Counted from the first letter of the stretch, positions 12,331 to 24,744 are shown. The stretch is DNA of 64,000 bases from Octopus bimaculoides (GCF_001194135.2 NC_068991.1:43179028-43243027); one strand, 5' to 3'. The notes: generated from the sequence alone by a model not told the origin. Program-made: numbers and translations.

Positions 12331-13059
12331 GATGGTGGTGATATGTCAGGGAATACTCTGAAGGTATAAGGATGTGAATAGAAATGGAATGGTAGGGGAT
12401 TGCTCAATAGAAAAAGCAACTGGACCAACAGGTACAGTGACTGAAATGCTGAATGTACCAGGTAGAAGGGTAGATTGTGTGCATCATCAATCAGATAGTT
12501 GCTATAGCAGTATTATTAACTACTACAAAAGTAAAAGGAAATATAAGAGAGAGAGATGATATTATGATACCATATATTTGATTGATCAAGTATCAATGTG
12601 AATTAGAACAGAATTAAAAACCATATTAAGAAAAATATTTCCAAAATACATAATCATAGAGTTCAAAAGATTTTAAAACTAAGAATTTCACCCTAAACAC
12701 CAATAAGGTAGATTACAACAAGGTCCAGTGATTTCAATTCACTCCAGATTGAAATTATTGCATTAGAGCAACACAATGGTTCTTACCAAACTAGAGCGAG
12801 CTGGTTTCTACCAACATCTACCTGCAGTTTTCTGTAGAATAAGTCAAGCTAGGAACATATTCAATTCAAATCTCTACAGCAAACCAGTTTGATCTAGGAT
12901 TGCTTGTTTCAGAGTAAACTACAGGAGTTGATTGACCATGTGATAAAGTCATTGCAAGAGTTACAGTGCAACTGGGTAAGAACGGAATTAATTTAGATAA
13001 GACGGTTTGACTTGGTCCAATTAAAAAGATACTATCAATGTCCTCTTGTTGGTGAAACA

Positions 13060-13160
13060 ACTGCAGGAGAAATATTAGCTAAAAGTAAACTGTTGTACCT
13101 TCCATATATTGACCTGGAGAAGGCTTTTGATAGTCTCATGATATAGTATGTGGTGAGTGT
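13060..13160 (+). mobile_element. RTE reverse transcriptase fragment
   Basis: LQEKY.LAKSKLLYL..IDLEKAFD, homologous to 25800-25880. Confidence 0.7.
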
Positions 13161-13484
13161 TGAGTGTGATTGTTTATTTTTAGAATGACATTGTAGGGTA
13201 AGTGTGAGGGGTTGGATCTGGTTAGTTTTAACATAAAACAGATAGAATGTTTGAGAAAGATGTGGCTGAATGAAATGCTAAAGGGTAGTACTAAGACAAG
13301 TTGAAGGAAAAAATTTAAATCTTGATAAGCAATTTATCTCACACGTAGATATAATAGCATAGTCAAACATGAATTGTTTGCATTTTCTGCTATTTGTAAA
13401 CATCAGTAAAACCCAGTATCAAGCGATTAGATCTGTTTCACAGCAGGAAGGAAATTACATTTGTAATATTCACATTTTCTAAAG

Positions 13485-13685
13485 ACTAAGGCAGTGAGCT
13501 GATAGAATCGTTAGCACACCCACCAGGTAAAATTTTTAGCAGAATGTCATCTGTCTTTACATTCCAGGTTCAAATTCCACTGAGGTTGACCTTGTCTTTC
13601 ATCCTTTCAGGGTCAATAAAATGAGTACCAGTTGAAGAAACCCCTCCCAAAAAATTGCTGGCTTTCTGCTGAAAATATGAAGCTA
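13485..13685 (+). mobile_element. tRNA-derived SINE family B
   Basis: GGCAGTGAGCTG.TAGAATCGTTAG head, GGTTCAAATTCC B-box, central CTTTCATCCTTTCAGGGTCAATAAAATGAGTACCAG motif (resembles the Meta/Sauria-SINE central domain, from recall). Confidence 0.8.
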
Positions 13686-13884
13686 ATATTCACGTTTTCT
13701 AAAGAGTATTAGTAACATAAATAAAATGAAATGGTTTAAAACTGGGTATCAAATTGCTTGAAGCCATTCCTAATGTATAGTGTTAATAGTCACTTATACA
13801 CACACATTCACATATGTATATATATATATATATTAATATAAAGCATTAATTCCCAACTATGACTTTTGCTGCCCTTACACATAA

Positions 13885-14030
13885 GCACAGGCATGGGTGT
13901 GTGGTTAAGAAGTTAACCTTACAGTCACATGATGTTAGGTTCAGTCCCGCTGTATGATACCTTGGGTAAGCATCTACTACACCCCTGAAGTCAATCAATG
14001 CTTTGTGAGTGAATTTGATTGATGGTAATA
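13885..14030 (+). mobile_element. SINE family A 5' fragment
   Basis: AGGCATGGGTGTGTGGTTAAGAAG...GGTTCAGTCCC...CCTTGGGTAAG. Confidence 0.7.
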
Positions 14031-14084
14031 TTAAATTTGTGTTCATCACTATCAGGACATAAATTAAGATATTTAGTTTATTTT

Positions 14085-14483
14085 TTATCTTTTACTCGTT
14101 TCAGTCATGAGACTGTGGTCATGCTGGGGCACCACTTTGAAGTATTTTAGTCAGGCATATCAACCCTAGTACTTTTTTTTGAAACTTGGTACTTATTCTA
14201 TCAGTCTCTTTTACCAAACCACTAAGTTACAGGGATGTAAAGACACCAACACCAGTCATTAAGCAGTGGTGGGGGACAAACACAGACACAAAGGAAAACA
14301 CACACACACACACACATATACAGAGTGGGCTTCATTCAGTTTCCATCTACCAGATCCACACACAAGGCTTTGGTCTGTCTGAGGCTATAGTAGAAAATAC
14401 TTTCCCAAAGTGCCATGCAGTGGGACTTGAACCCAGAACCATGTGGTTAGGAAGCAGTCTTCTTACCACACAGTCACACCTGT
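14085..14483 (-). mobile_element. SINE family A full-length copy
   Basis: Reverse complement of the 28921-29304 copy, with CpG decay. Confidence 0.9.
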
Positions 14484-15209
14484 AGAAATATTAAGAGCAA
14501 CTATGGAATGAAAATTATAAATAGCTAGGCTTATTGAACTTAAGGGTTTCAAATATGCAACACCACTACTGACATGATGCACTTCTTGTGCAACATTGTA
14601 AGGTTTTCAATATCATTTGTAGTAGCAGATTGGTGTGAAGAGGGCAAGAGAAGGAAAAAGAGAAAATTTAATGACAGCTGATAGTTTATAGCACTAAGAG
14701 AAAATCCTTTTAAATAATATATATTTATGGTAAAATAACAAACATGTCCATAAGTGACAGAGATTCCTTAGTTTTAATCCCAGGTTCAGTAATTCTAAAT
14801 AGATAAGAGATGACTCTTACCCCTCCTGGGTAAGAAAGATATGAGTTTGAGCTCTCTCAAGGATTCAAGCTATAAATATAAATACCACCAGTGTTGGGTT
14901 GTATCCTTTATTAAATTGCATTGTTTTAACTTAGCTGGAAATAGGTGCTCCTACAATTCATTCAATTATCCTCATTTATTTAAGTGTTGTTGTTTTATCT
15001 TTTAAAGTAGAATTCTTTCTTTCTCTCTCTTTTTTTTTAATAGCAAATAAATACTGAAAATCAAGTTCTTCAATTCTAAATTGTTGCAACTACTGGACAT
15101 TTGATTGAAACCTAAATTATGTTTGATATGGAACATTGTTAGGAATTTTTACCTACATGCTAGTCTGTTTCACTTATCTCTCTCTCTCTCTCTGTTTTTA
15201 TATATATAG

Positions 15210-16112
15210 ACAGTTTCCATTACTTAGGGTGTTCTGAAAGTATAGCTACCAGAATAAGAACAGGCTCGGCAAAGTTCAGAGAGCTACTACCTCTGTTGAT
15301 AAAAATGGGCCTCTCCTTCAGCATGTATGATGCCTGTGTATAAACAGCTATGCTGCATGGCAGTGAGGCATGGGCTGTGACTACTGAGGACATGCAAATA
15401 CTTGAAAGAAATGAAGCCAGTATGCTCTGTTCAATGAGTAATGTCAGTGTGCTTATATGACACAATGTAAGTGATTTGAGAGAAAAATTGGGTATACAAG
15501 GCATCAGATATAGTGTGCAAGAGAGAAGATTGTGCTGGTACAGTCATGTAATGCATATGATTGAAGACAGATGCATCAAGAGGTGGCAATCTCTAATTTT
15601 GGAGGGAACATGTAGAAGGAGCAGACCCAGGAAAATGTGGGACGAAATGGTGAGAAAGGATCTTCAGATGTTGGAACTCACAGAGAGGAGGACAGAGAAC
15701 CGAGACTTCTGTACTTTGCTGTACTTGAGAAGACATGTCAAGCTAAGTAAAATCATGATTGTCCTTGCATATAGGCATGTCCTCTGCATTCCTCTTCTGT
15801 TGAGCATTCCTAATCTTGCAGGTTGATGGGTGCTGGTGCCATGTAAAATGCACCCTTACTGGTACCACATAAAAGCACCCATGCCAGTGCTGTGTAAAAG
15901 CACCCAGTACATTCTGTAAAGTGGTTGATAATATTAGGAAAGGCATCCAGCTGTAGAAACAGACATAGAGCCTGAGTAGCTCTTCAGCTAACCATCTCCT
16001 GTCAAACTGCCCAATCCATGCCAGCATGGACATTAAATGATAATTATATATATATATATATATATATAACTCAAACCAGCATGGAAAACAGATGCTGAAT
16101 GATGATGATGAT
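15210..16112 (+). mobile_element. RTE LINE 3' portion (post-RT domain plus 3' UTR)
   Basis: MREKLGIQGIRYSVQERRLCWYSHV...GTCRRSRPRKMWDEMVRKDL, then the RTE tail with (GAT)n. Confidence 0.9.
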
Positions 16113-16371
16113 GTAATTTTTTTTTCCCAAATAAATTGCAATTCATATTCAAGGCTCCAATGAAGTTCTAAGGTGTTATTCAGGCACTAACTACGAGTTC
16201 ACTGTATCTCATAGCAGAAACATCTGTAACCTAATGAAGTTCATAAGCTAATCATTTATTCCTTTCTCATTTTATTTTCTTATTACTATTTTATACTTGT
16301 CTAACACTTCATTCTGAAGTATACAGATATTTAGTTCTACACCAGGTTATTAGTCTCACAATGCCTAAAGG

Positions 16372-16950
16372 AAATAGGAGTGGCTGCGTGGTAAGTAGCT
16401 TGCTTACCAACCACATGGTTCCAGGTTCAGTCCCATTGCATGGCACCGTGGGCAAGTATCTTCTACTATAGCCTCGGGCCAACCAAAGCCTTGAGATTGA
16501 ACTTGGTAGACGGAAACTGAAAGAAGCCTGTTGTATGTATGCTTGCTTGCTTATTCATTCATTCATTCATTCATTTGTTCGTTCGTTCCTTCTTTCTTTC
16601 TCGACTAAAGACGGTGCTCCAGCATGACAGCAGTCAAATGGCTGAAACAAGTTGTGAGTGGATTTGGTAGACGGAAACTGAAAGAAGCCCGTCGTATATA
16701 TGTTTTGTGTGTGTGTGTGTCTGTATGTATGTGTGTGTTTGTGAGTCTGTGTTTGTCCCCCCCAACATTGCTTGACCACCGATGGTGGTGTGTTTATGTC
16801 CCCATAACTTAGCAGTTCGGCAAAAGAGACCGATAGAATAAGTACTAGGCTTACAAAGAATAAGTGCTAGGGCCGATTTGTTCGACTAAAGGTGGTGCTC
16901 CAGCATGGCTGCAATCAAATGACTGAAACGGATAAAAGAATAAAAGAATA
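16372..16950 (+). mobile_element. Composite SINE family A: internally deleted variant followed by the 3' two-thirds of a full-length copy
   Basis: Junction GAAACAAGT|TGTGAGTGGATTTGG at about 16650. GGTAGACGGAAACTGAAAGAAGCC occurs twice. Confidence 0.85.
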
Positions 16951-17059
16951 TATATATGTATGTATATATGTATTCATACATTTAAACACACACACACACA
17001 CACACACACACGTATATATATATATATCTGCACATATACACATATATATATACAATTGA

Positions 17060-17505
17060 CGATTGCCACATCTTATCAAATGACAGCCGTCTCATATTCA
17101 GCCAGACTTTTCTGATTTACTTTCATCCTTGCATGTACATGGACATGACTTTTCAGGACAGCCAATGACTGACATGGTACTAGACACAAGTGATAAATGT
17201 GATCTTGTGTCTGCACAGGATTAATTTCATTAGTTTGTGGCAGATGTTGGTGATAAACCAGGATTGGTTTTGCATGCCTTGTTGCAGACTGGACAAGTAG
17301 TGGGGCCTAATGATTCTCATGGGTCTTCGGGTGATTTACATAGTTACAAAGCCTGATTTACAGAGGACACATTAGTGAAGATTACTGTTCCAGTTATCTG
17401 TGTTACTAGTGTCTGCTAACTCGCCTTTTCTTAGAGTTCTCTTCAGTTTAGCATACATCGCTCTTCCTTTATCCAACATTTTACATGTTGACATAGTTCT
17501 CCAAT
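17060..17505 (-). mobile_element. LINE 3' coding end with C2H2-like zinc fingers (RTE/BovB-like)
   Basis: Minus frames give ..AKLKRTL.., TCPVCNKACKTNPGLS and HLCLVPCQSLAVLKSHVHVH. Confidence 0.5.
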
Positions 17506-17574
17506 TACATACGTATGTATACATATACACACACACACACACATATATAACATAGATATAAACATACGTATAGG

Positions 17575-18473
17575 GATGCACAGCTCCAAAATGTCAATAC
17601 AAAAAGTTAGCTGAGAGTTACACCTCCCCAAAAGCACAGTTTGCAAGATCCTACACAAACACCTAAAGTTTCACACTTACAAGCTGCAATTAGTCCAAAA
17701 CTCCATCCGAAAGATGATGGCATGTGATTTGAATTTTGTGAAAATATCCAGCAATTAATGGAAGATAATAATAACCTGCTGTCAAAAATAATTTTCAGTG
17801 ATGATGCAATATTTCACTTGAACAACTAAGTCAATAAGCATAATGTGCGGATATGGGGGCTTCAATATCCACATGCTACCCAGGAAATTGAGCAAGACTC
17901 ACCAAAAGTTAATGTGTTTTGTGCCATATCAGAGAGAGCAGCGTATGGCCCTTTCTTCGTTGAGGGAGGAACTGTTTCTAGTCAAAGTTACCAGGAGACA
18001 CTGACCAATTGGATGTTTTCACAACTAGTTGCTGAGGGTGATGACTACCTTTTCCAGCAAGTTGGTGCTCCACCACACTGGCGTCTCACTGTCAGGAGAT
18101 TTCTCACAGATAGATTGGTTGTGCTGGACAAGATGATCAGGTGTTCTGCAAGTGGCCTGCAGTGGGTACATGAAGAGCACAGTTTACATACCACCACTAC
18201 CTGCAACCCTGGAGGAGCTGAAAATTTCAATCACTGAAGCAAGTTCACATGGTAACTCCAGAAATGCTACTGAGCATCTGGAACAAACTGGATTATCGCA
18301 TCGATGTTTTCCAAGCAACCACAGCAACACACATTGAATGCCTTTAATGCTACCCTCTACCACAGGAAACTGAATGAAATTCTGCATCTGAAGCTACTAA
18401 CTGTGAAAGATTATTACAATAAATTTACATATTATATCTGTTTGAAATCAGGGAGTCTTTTGTGGATACCCTG
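17575..18473 (+). mobile_element. Tc1/mariner transposase remnant with right TIR
   Basis: SIQKVS*ELHLPKSTVCKILHKHL; IIFSDDAIFHL..VNKHNVRIWG; SPKVNVFCAIS; YLFQQVGAPPHW. Ends ...GGATACCCTG|TA. The third catalytic residue region is deleted. Confidence 0.88.
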
Positions 18474-18685
18474 TATATATATAAATTAACAGAATGAGAT
18501 AAAAATCCAAGGCTGTGAAAAATTTCAGAACATTTATAAAGTGAAAGTCTTACAGCTGTTTCCGGGATATTATATATATATATATAGGAAAATGAAAAAA
18601 AGCCAGAATGCTGAACTGGGAGCATAATTTAATAAAGATTTTTTCTAACCGGTTTTCATTGCGATGAAGCAAATTATCAAGAAGA

Positions 18686-19003
18686 AGGAGAATGAAAATG
18701 TTTTTTTACAAAGAAGTACAAAAAAGTACAAAATGAAGAAAATAATATATAAAACAATAATATATAAAAAAAATTAAATATACCCATACATTATATTGTC
18801 TTTGAGCTTTTGTAGTTCAATAGTAGTTCATGTATAAATTGGTAGGAAAATGTATACATGAACTACTATTGAACTACAAAAGCTCAAAGACAATATAATG
18901 TATGGGTATATTTAATTTTTTTTATATATTATTGTTTTATATATTATTTTCTTCATTTTGTACTTTTTTGTACTTCTTTGTAAAAAAACATTTTCATTCT
19001 CCT
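18686..19003. repeat. Perfect 151-bp inverted repeat with 16-nt spacer, abutting a gap
   Basis: 18686-18836 is the exact reverse complement of 18853-19003. Confidence 0.95.
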
Positions 19004-19310
19004 NNNNNNNNNNNNNNNNNNNNNNNNNNNNNNNNNNNNNNNNNNNNNNNNNNNNNNNNNNNNNNNNNNNNNNNNNNNNNNNNNNNNNNNNNNNNNNNNN
19101 NNNNNNNNNNNNNNNNNNNNNNNNNNNNNNNNNNNNNNNNNNNNNNNNNNNNNNNNNNNNNNNNNNNNNNNNNNNNNNNNNNNNNNNNNNNNNNNNNNNN
19201 NNNNNNNNNNNNNNNNNNNNNNNNNNNNNNNNNNNNNNNNNNNNNNNNNNNNNNNNNNNNNNNNNNNNNNNNNNNNNNNNNNNNNNNNNNNNNNNNNNNN
19301 NNNNNNNNNN
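19004..19310. other. Assembly gap
   Basis: N run. Confidence 1.
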
Positions 19311-19330
19311 ATATATATATATATATACAC

Positions 19331-19363
<33 letters not shown>

Positions 19364-20520
19364 CATATATATATATACATATAGCGGATGCACCACTGGC
19401 ATAGTGCTGCAAAAGTATTAAGGTTGAGTGACGGAATTGGGGTGCATGCGCTAGTTTATAGTCCTGGCGAAACAAGAGGTAATCAAAAGAGAGAGAAGGG
19501 GAGAGAGAAGTGAGATCAAGAGAGACAGAGTAAGGCAGAGAGGGCTAGTGGCTAGGAACACAAGGGAGAATTGAAAAATAAGAGTTTTCGGTCAGCTAAT
19601 CTAAGACAGAATCATAGAGATGAGTAACTGTGTGATAAAAATTAAAATTGAATAACTTGAATAACTGAATGAATTGACGACATGGTAATGGACACTGAAA
19701 TGAATTTGACGACATGGTGAATGAAACAGACAGACAGAATAGCGAAAGTACTAAGTAAGGTGTTATGAATTAGCGCATAAATAGGAAGGTATGAGCGAGG
19801 TTGGAAAGACAGAAAACATATCTCGTCATGATTCTGGGTTCGTATTTATTCGGCAGAGGTTCTAGGAGCGAAAACACACATGCATACATACATATATATA
19901 TGTATACAAATATACCTATATACATACATACATATACACAGACATACATATATACATACATACATATGTATATAAGGCAAATAAGAAAATGGAGAGGATA
20001 TACAATCAACAAACATCAGCCAGTAAACATTCAATTATATCTATTTATTAAATGATTACAAACATGTGCAAGTGATACAAATTAACGAATGAAATAAGTC
20101 AATAACTGCATAAACAGATATTTATATACATATACATATATATATATATACTTCCAAGAGAGTTAGAGGTTGTGAATCCAACCAACTAAGGGATAATATC
20201 TATCCAATATACTGCTGGTAGAATACTCAATTATTAATACACAAGTATTTTTTCATTGCATGGCACTTACACTACTGAATGCAATAAATGGGTGAGGGTA
20301 AAATTTGTTTTACCCTTAATTTATACGGCAATAAGAAAATGGAGGGGTTCAAGAGGTGGTATTCATCAACTTTTAGTCATTATATCATTTCAATTTTATT
20401 ATTAAAAAAAACAAACAATTATAACAATATACATACATGTATAACATATGCTTTACATATATAAAAATACCAGTAATTATTAAAATATATAACGTAAAAC
20501 ATAGAAAGTAGAATATTCTA

Positions 20521-21080
20521 NNNNNNNNNNNNNNNNNNNNNNNNNNNNNNNNNNNNNNNNNNNNNNNNNNNNNNNNNNNNNNNNNNNNNNNNNNNNNNNN
20601 NNNNNNNNNNNNNNNNNNNNNNNNNNNNNNNNNNNNNNNNNNNNNNNNNNNNNNNNNNNNNNNNNNNNNNNNNNNNNNNNNNNNNNNNNNNNNNNNNNNN
20701 NNNNNNNNNNNNNNNNNNNNNNNNNNNNNNNNNNNNNNNNNNNNNNNNNNNNNNNNNNNNNNNNNNNNNNNNNNNNNNNNNNNNNNNNNNNNNNNNNNNN
20801 NNNNNNNNNNNNNNNNNNNNNNNNNNNNNNNNNNNNNNNNNNNNNNNNNNNNNNNNNNNNNNNNNNNNNNNNNNNNNNNNNNNNNNNNNNNNNNNNNNNN
20901 NNNNNNNNNNNNNNNNNNNNNNNNNNNNNNNNNNNNNNNNNNNNNNNNNNNNNNNNNNNNNNNNNNNNNNNNNNNNNNNNNNNNNNNNNNNNNNNNNNNN
21001 NNNNNNNNNNNNNNNNNNNNNNNNNNNNNNNNNNNNNNNNNNNNNNNNNNNNNNNNNNNNNNNNNNNNNNNNNNNNNNNN
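20521..21080. other. Assembly gap; both edges end in short palindromes
   Basis: N run. TAGAATATTCTA on the left edge and a 21-bp-arm palindrome at 21081-21125 on the right. Confidence 1.
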
Positions 21081-21324
21081 GCTGAACTGGAAGCATAATT
21101 TATTAAATTATGCTTCCAGTTCAGCATTCTGGCTTTTTTTCATTTTCCTATTATTTCTCCACGTGCGGTTAACACAACCCCATTATTTACTGACTTATAT
21201 GTATATATATATATATATATGTTATTAATAAATATCAGGGTAGGAAAAATTTTAGAAATTTTTACTACCAGTGGCCTAGCATGTAGAAAACTAGTCAATA
21301 GACGATATATTATTCATATAAATA

Positions 21325-21574
21325 CAGTGTACATTTAAACACATAAGAGATGGCCATAATAGGATATCTAACACGCTAGGAGTATCTGAAATCCAAACCA
21401 CTATTAGGGGTAATTTCGAAGGGAATGAAACCATGGTCCAGGAGAAAGATGGTAAATGTTTTTATTTTCATTCCCTTCGAAATTACCCCTAATAGTGGTT
21501 TGGATTTCGGCTACTCCTTCTAGCATGTTAGATGTCCTATGATGGCCATCTCTTATGTGTTTAAATGTACACTA
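21325..21574. mobile_element. 250-bp fold-back MITE (Tc1-like CAGTG end, TA TSD)
   Basis: Imperfect arms of about 105 bp (CAGTGTACATTTAAACACATAAGAGATGGCCAT...GGGGTAATTTCGAAGGGAATGAAA and its complement). TA at 21323-24 and 21575-76. Confidence 0.88.
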
Positions 21575-21584
21575 TATTTATATG

Positions 21585-21615
<31 letters not shown>

Positions 21616-22512
21616 ATGTATATATATGTGTATGTATGTATGTGTATGTATATACATATATACATGAGTGTGTATATGTGGATATGGGAGTGTGTACATG
21701 TGTGTGTGGGGGGGTATAAATAGATATAGATATAAATATCCAATTACCTCAGTTTATCATTGGGATGTCACTCCATATTCTTATTAGCAATAATCTCTAT
21801 GCATTCATTTTAAACACTAATTTTAAGCACCCATTAGAAACCACCAGTATTTGTACAGCTAGGTGGATTAAAATACATCTAAACATTAATACTACATGTC
21901 TATCCCACCATCCCCACAAAAGCCAGTATAAGCCCCCATTGTAACTATAATAAACCCATATGGCTCTTAGGTCAATATTTTACAACTTTATAACCTGAAA
22001 TAATTACAATACAACATATAGTAAATTACCTAAGTAATACCTGTGTTGAAACATGAATACTTTCTGCTAATATCCAGAATTGTTAATAATCTCAACCTTA
22101 TTTCTAATGTCTATGAATGTCTTACACCCTAGAATTAATTGAAATACAGTTACCCCCCACTTCAACTATAGCCTACAAGTCTAAAAAATATTTAACCCAA
22201 ACACGTCCACATTAATACTTGTACTTTCGGACTTTACTAGTAAACTTGTATACCCACAACGTAATAACACTCCATAAATACTATTCTAGTATATGTCTTA
22301 GCATGGCATCTCACCACTGATAATATAATATCAAGATATTTAACTACGATGGAACCTATTGGCATCTGTTTATCATTTGTTTACCCTTCAACTAAACGCT
22401 TTTTCATCTATTTCTTCTTTACAGAAAACTACTTGTTAATTAGATATGTATCTCAGATATATTCAAATGAAACACTATTCACTTATCCATAAGTACTTTC
22501 CTTGGCCCTTCC

Positions 22513-22557
22513 NNNNNNNNNNNNNNNNNNNNNNNNNNNNNNNNNNNNNNNNNNNNN
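22513..22557. other. Assembly gap
   Basis: N run. Confidence 1.
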
Positions 22558-22624
22558 CCCCCCGACTATTCATGCCTGAAATATTTATAATGGGAGGCAA
22601 GGTTCACGATATCGGATGAATATC

Positions 22625-23150
22625 GCCATCTCCCATTAAAATTGTTCGTTGTGTTGTTTCAGGCTCCAGCAGGCAAGGAAAGAAGTCTGAAGTGGAAATG
22701 CAATTCACAACCAGTTTTATTTACATAGTTACACAGAACAAATGATGGGTATCACTCTCAGTAGACCATCTCAAGCTGTGTATGTTTCATTGTATCTCCG
22801 TTTACATGAGCCCATTACCTCTGGAGATACGACGTGCACACAGGACTAGCCTGGAGACCCAGCCAGCAAATATGTGTGTCCAGCAAACACTTGCGGTGAA
22901 GAAGAGGAAGAGAATCCGTTTGTTGGGCCCTTATATCCAGTTTGCCATCGCGAGCCTTGTTGTGATCTCGCACATGGCAAATGGATGCAGGTGAGATCTC
23001 ACTCCAGTCTTGGAGATGGCAATGACTACCAGCGAGATCTCGTCCAATATGGTGCCGACTGCTTGTGCCACTACAAGGGCTTCCCCCTGAGAATGCCAGT
23101 GCGAAAACAGAATAATTAGAGCAGGCACAAGAAAGAGCAAAGATGGTAAC
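22625..23150 (-). mobile_element. Probable 3' LTR of the adjacent Gypsy element
   Basis: CpG-rich non-coding block downstream of the integrase, with AATAAA and a ...GAACA end on the minus strand. No second LTR or TSD was found. Confidence 0.35.
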
Positions 23151-23329
23151 TGATCGCAACAAACAAGATATGGTACAAAAGCGTGACAAGTCAAATAGAA
23201 AAATAATTGCATGAAATATAAATTGGCATGCACAAAATTTGACAAAATATTCAATGGCAGAGTATTGGAACGGTTCAGTAACACAAGAAATCAATTGTCA
23301 GTCACAGGAAACACAAAAGAGATTGTCAG

Positions 23330-24012
23330 ATATAAATAGTTCGCCCAGACCGTTTTGGTAAGTTTTTTGGGCCAATGCACAGTACAGCCTGTCCTGGTAA
23401 CATAAGATGTGTTTGTGTTAGGTTGTAGCAACGAAGGTGGAGGTGTAGGTGATGATGTGGTCAAAGGTGCATGAGAGGATGGTTGTAAAGGATCAAAAGT
23501 GGGCATGGCTGGAGTGTCATCAAAGGACATGGAAACTTCAAAATATGCCTTTTTCAGTCTGTCGACCGTAAAGGAGAAACCTAAGTCTGCTTTAACAGCA
23601 GTGCAACAACCAAGAAGAAGAATAGGCAGGAATTCTGTCCAAGACTGCAGATCAGGAGTGGCACGTAGAGCAGCCTTCAGTTGCCTGTGAAGACGTTCGA
23701 CCATCCTGTTGGAGGCTGAGTGGTAGCTGGTTGTACGAATGTGATGAACGCCTAGGATTCGTGATAATTCATGAAATAGGGAAGCCTCGAACTGGTGTCT
23801 GCGATCACTGGTTATTTTAGCTGGGACACCAAAGTGAGCAATCCAGTTAGAAATGAAAGCTTGACCCAGTTAGAAATGAAACTGACTCAACGGAAGTGTC
23901 CACTACTGGAATGGCCTCTGGCCAACAAGAGAAACGATCAACACATGTCAATACGTAAGAGAAACCGCAACTGACAGGCCATGGTCCAACCAGATCAATG
24001 TGGACATGGGAG
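23330..24012 (-). mobile_element. Gypsy LTR-retrotransposon integrase remnant
   Basis: HVHIDLVGPWP...LTCVDRFSCWPEAIP; WIAHFGVPAKITSDR; HHIRTTSYHSASNRMVERLHRQLKAAL...LPILLLG. Confidence 0.92.
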
Positions 24013-24014
24013 TG

Positions 24015-24725
24015 GGGTGTGAGGGTGGGGGTATGTGGGAGTCGAATGTGTAGGATGGTTGGGGTGGGATGGGATGAGAAGTGTTCCATGAACCGGTCAG
24101 CCAAGCGGCGTCCCATTTGACCAATGTACAGAGAGAGCAGGAGATGCAGTAGATGACATTACTAGAAGTGCAGGTGAAGGAGTCAGTGATATGATAGGAT
24201 CGATGATGGGTGCCAGTGAGGATGGTGGTGCTGGAGAGGTAAGGCCAAGTGCGGCAGCGTGGGCAGGAGCAGGGGAACGAGCCGGGTTGGGAGGTTGAGT
24301 TAGGGAAGAAACTGTGGAACAGGAGGTCACGTAGGTTGTGGGCTTGTTTGAAGGAGGGGAGGGGTTGGTTAGTGGAGGAGTCAGACTGGAGTTGCCGGAA
24401 GGCTCAGAGAATGGTATGTTGGAGAGGCAAGGTGGAAGGGTGGTAGGTGAGGGTAAACGGGAGATGGAGGTGCAAGTGTGGGGGGAGAGAGCAGATGCAC
24501 GGTCCACAGAACGTGCTCTGGCAAGGGCGGTATGGATAGTGGTGAGGGGATATCCACATAGGATGAAGCGGCGAACCATGAGTTGAGTCTCAAAGTCATG
24601 GTTGTCACTGCAGAGCCTGTGCAGACAGAGGAATTGGGAATAGGGGATGGAGAGCTTGGTGTGTTTAGGGTGGGATGAGGAGAAGTTGAGGTATGAGTGT
24701 GAGTCTGTGTGTTTGTAGTGGATGG
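24015..24725 (-). mobile_element. Penelope-like element (Poseidon-type) RT C-terminus plus GIY-YIG remnant
   Basis: RRFILCGYPL...; AHNLRDLL...GSFPCSCPRCRT..; FTCTSSNVIYCISCSLC..; GRRLADRFMEH. Confidence 0.85.
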
Positions 24726-24744
24726 AGGTGGTGAGAATGGACTG

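Larger units (their letters stand above)
11700..13285. mobile_element. piggyBac-like MITE split by nested insertions (left part about 11700-11800, right part about 13163-13285)
   Basis: TTAA|CCCTTTAGCATT at 11696-11711 pairs with AATGCTAAAGGG at 13274-13285. The right TTAA is degenerate. Confidence 0.55.

Noticed and set aside
12540-13060. Coding-looking minus-strand stretch (QEDIDSIFLIGPSQ...)
   Set aside because: All frames contain stops and I could not recognise any family motif.
19382-19453. 13-bp inverted repeat ending in CTAG
   Set aside because: One mismatch, a 46-nt spacer and a geometry unlike a Helitron 3' end. There is no supporting context.
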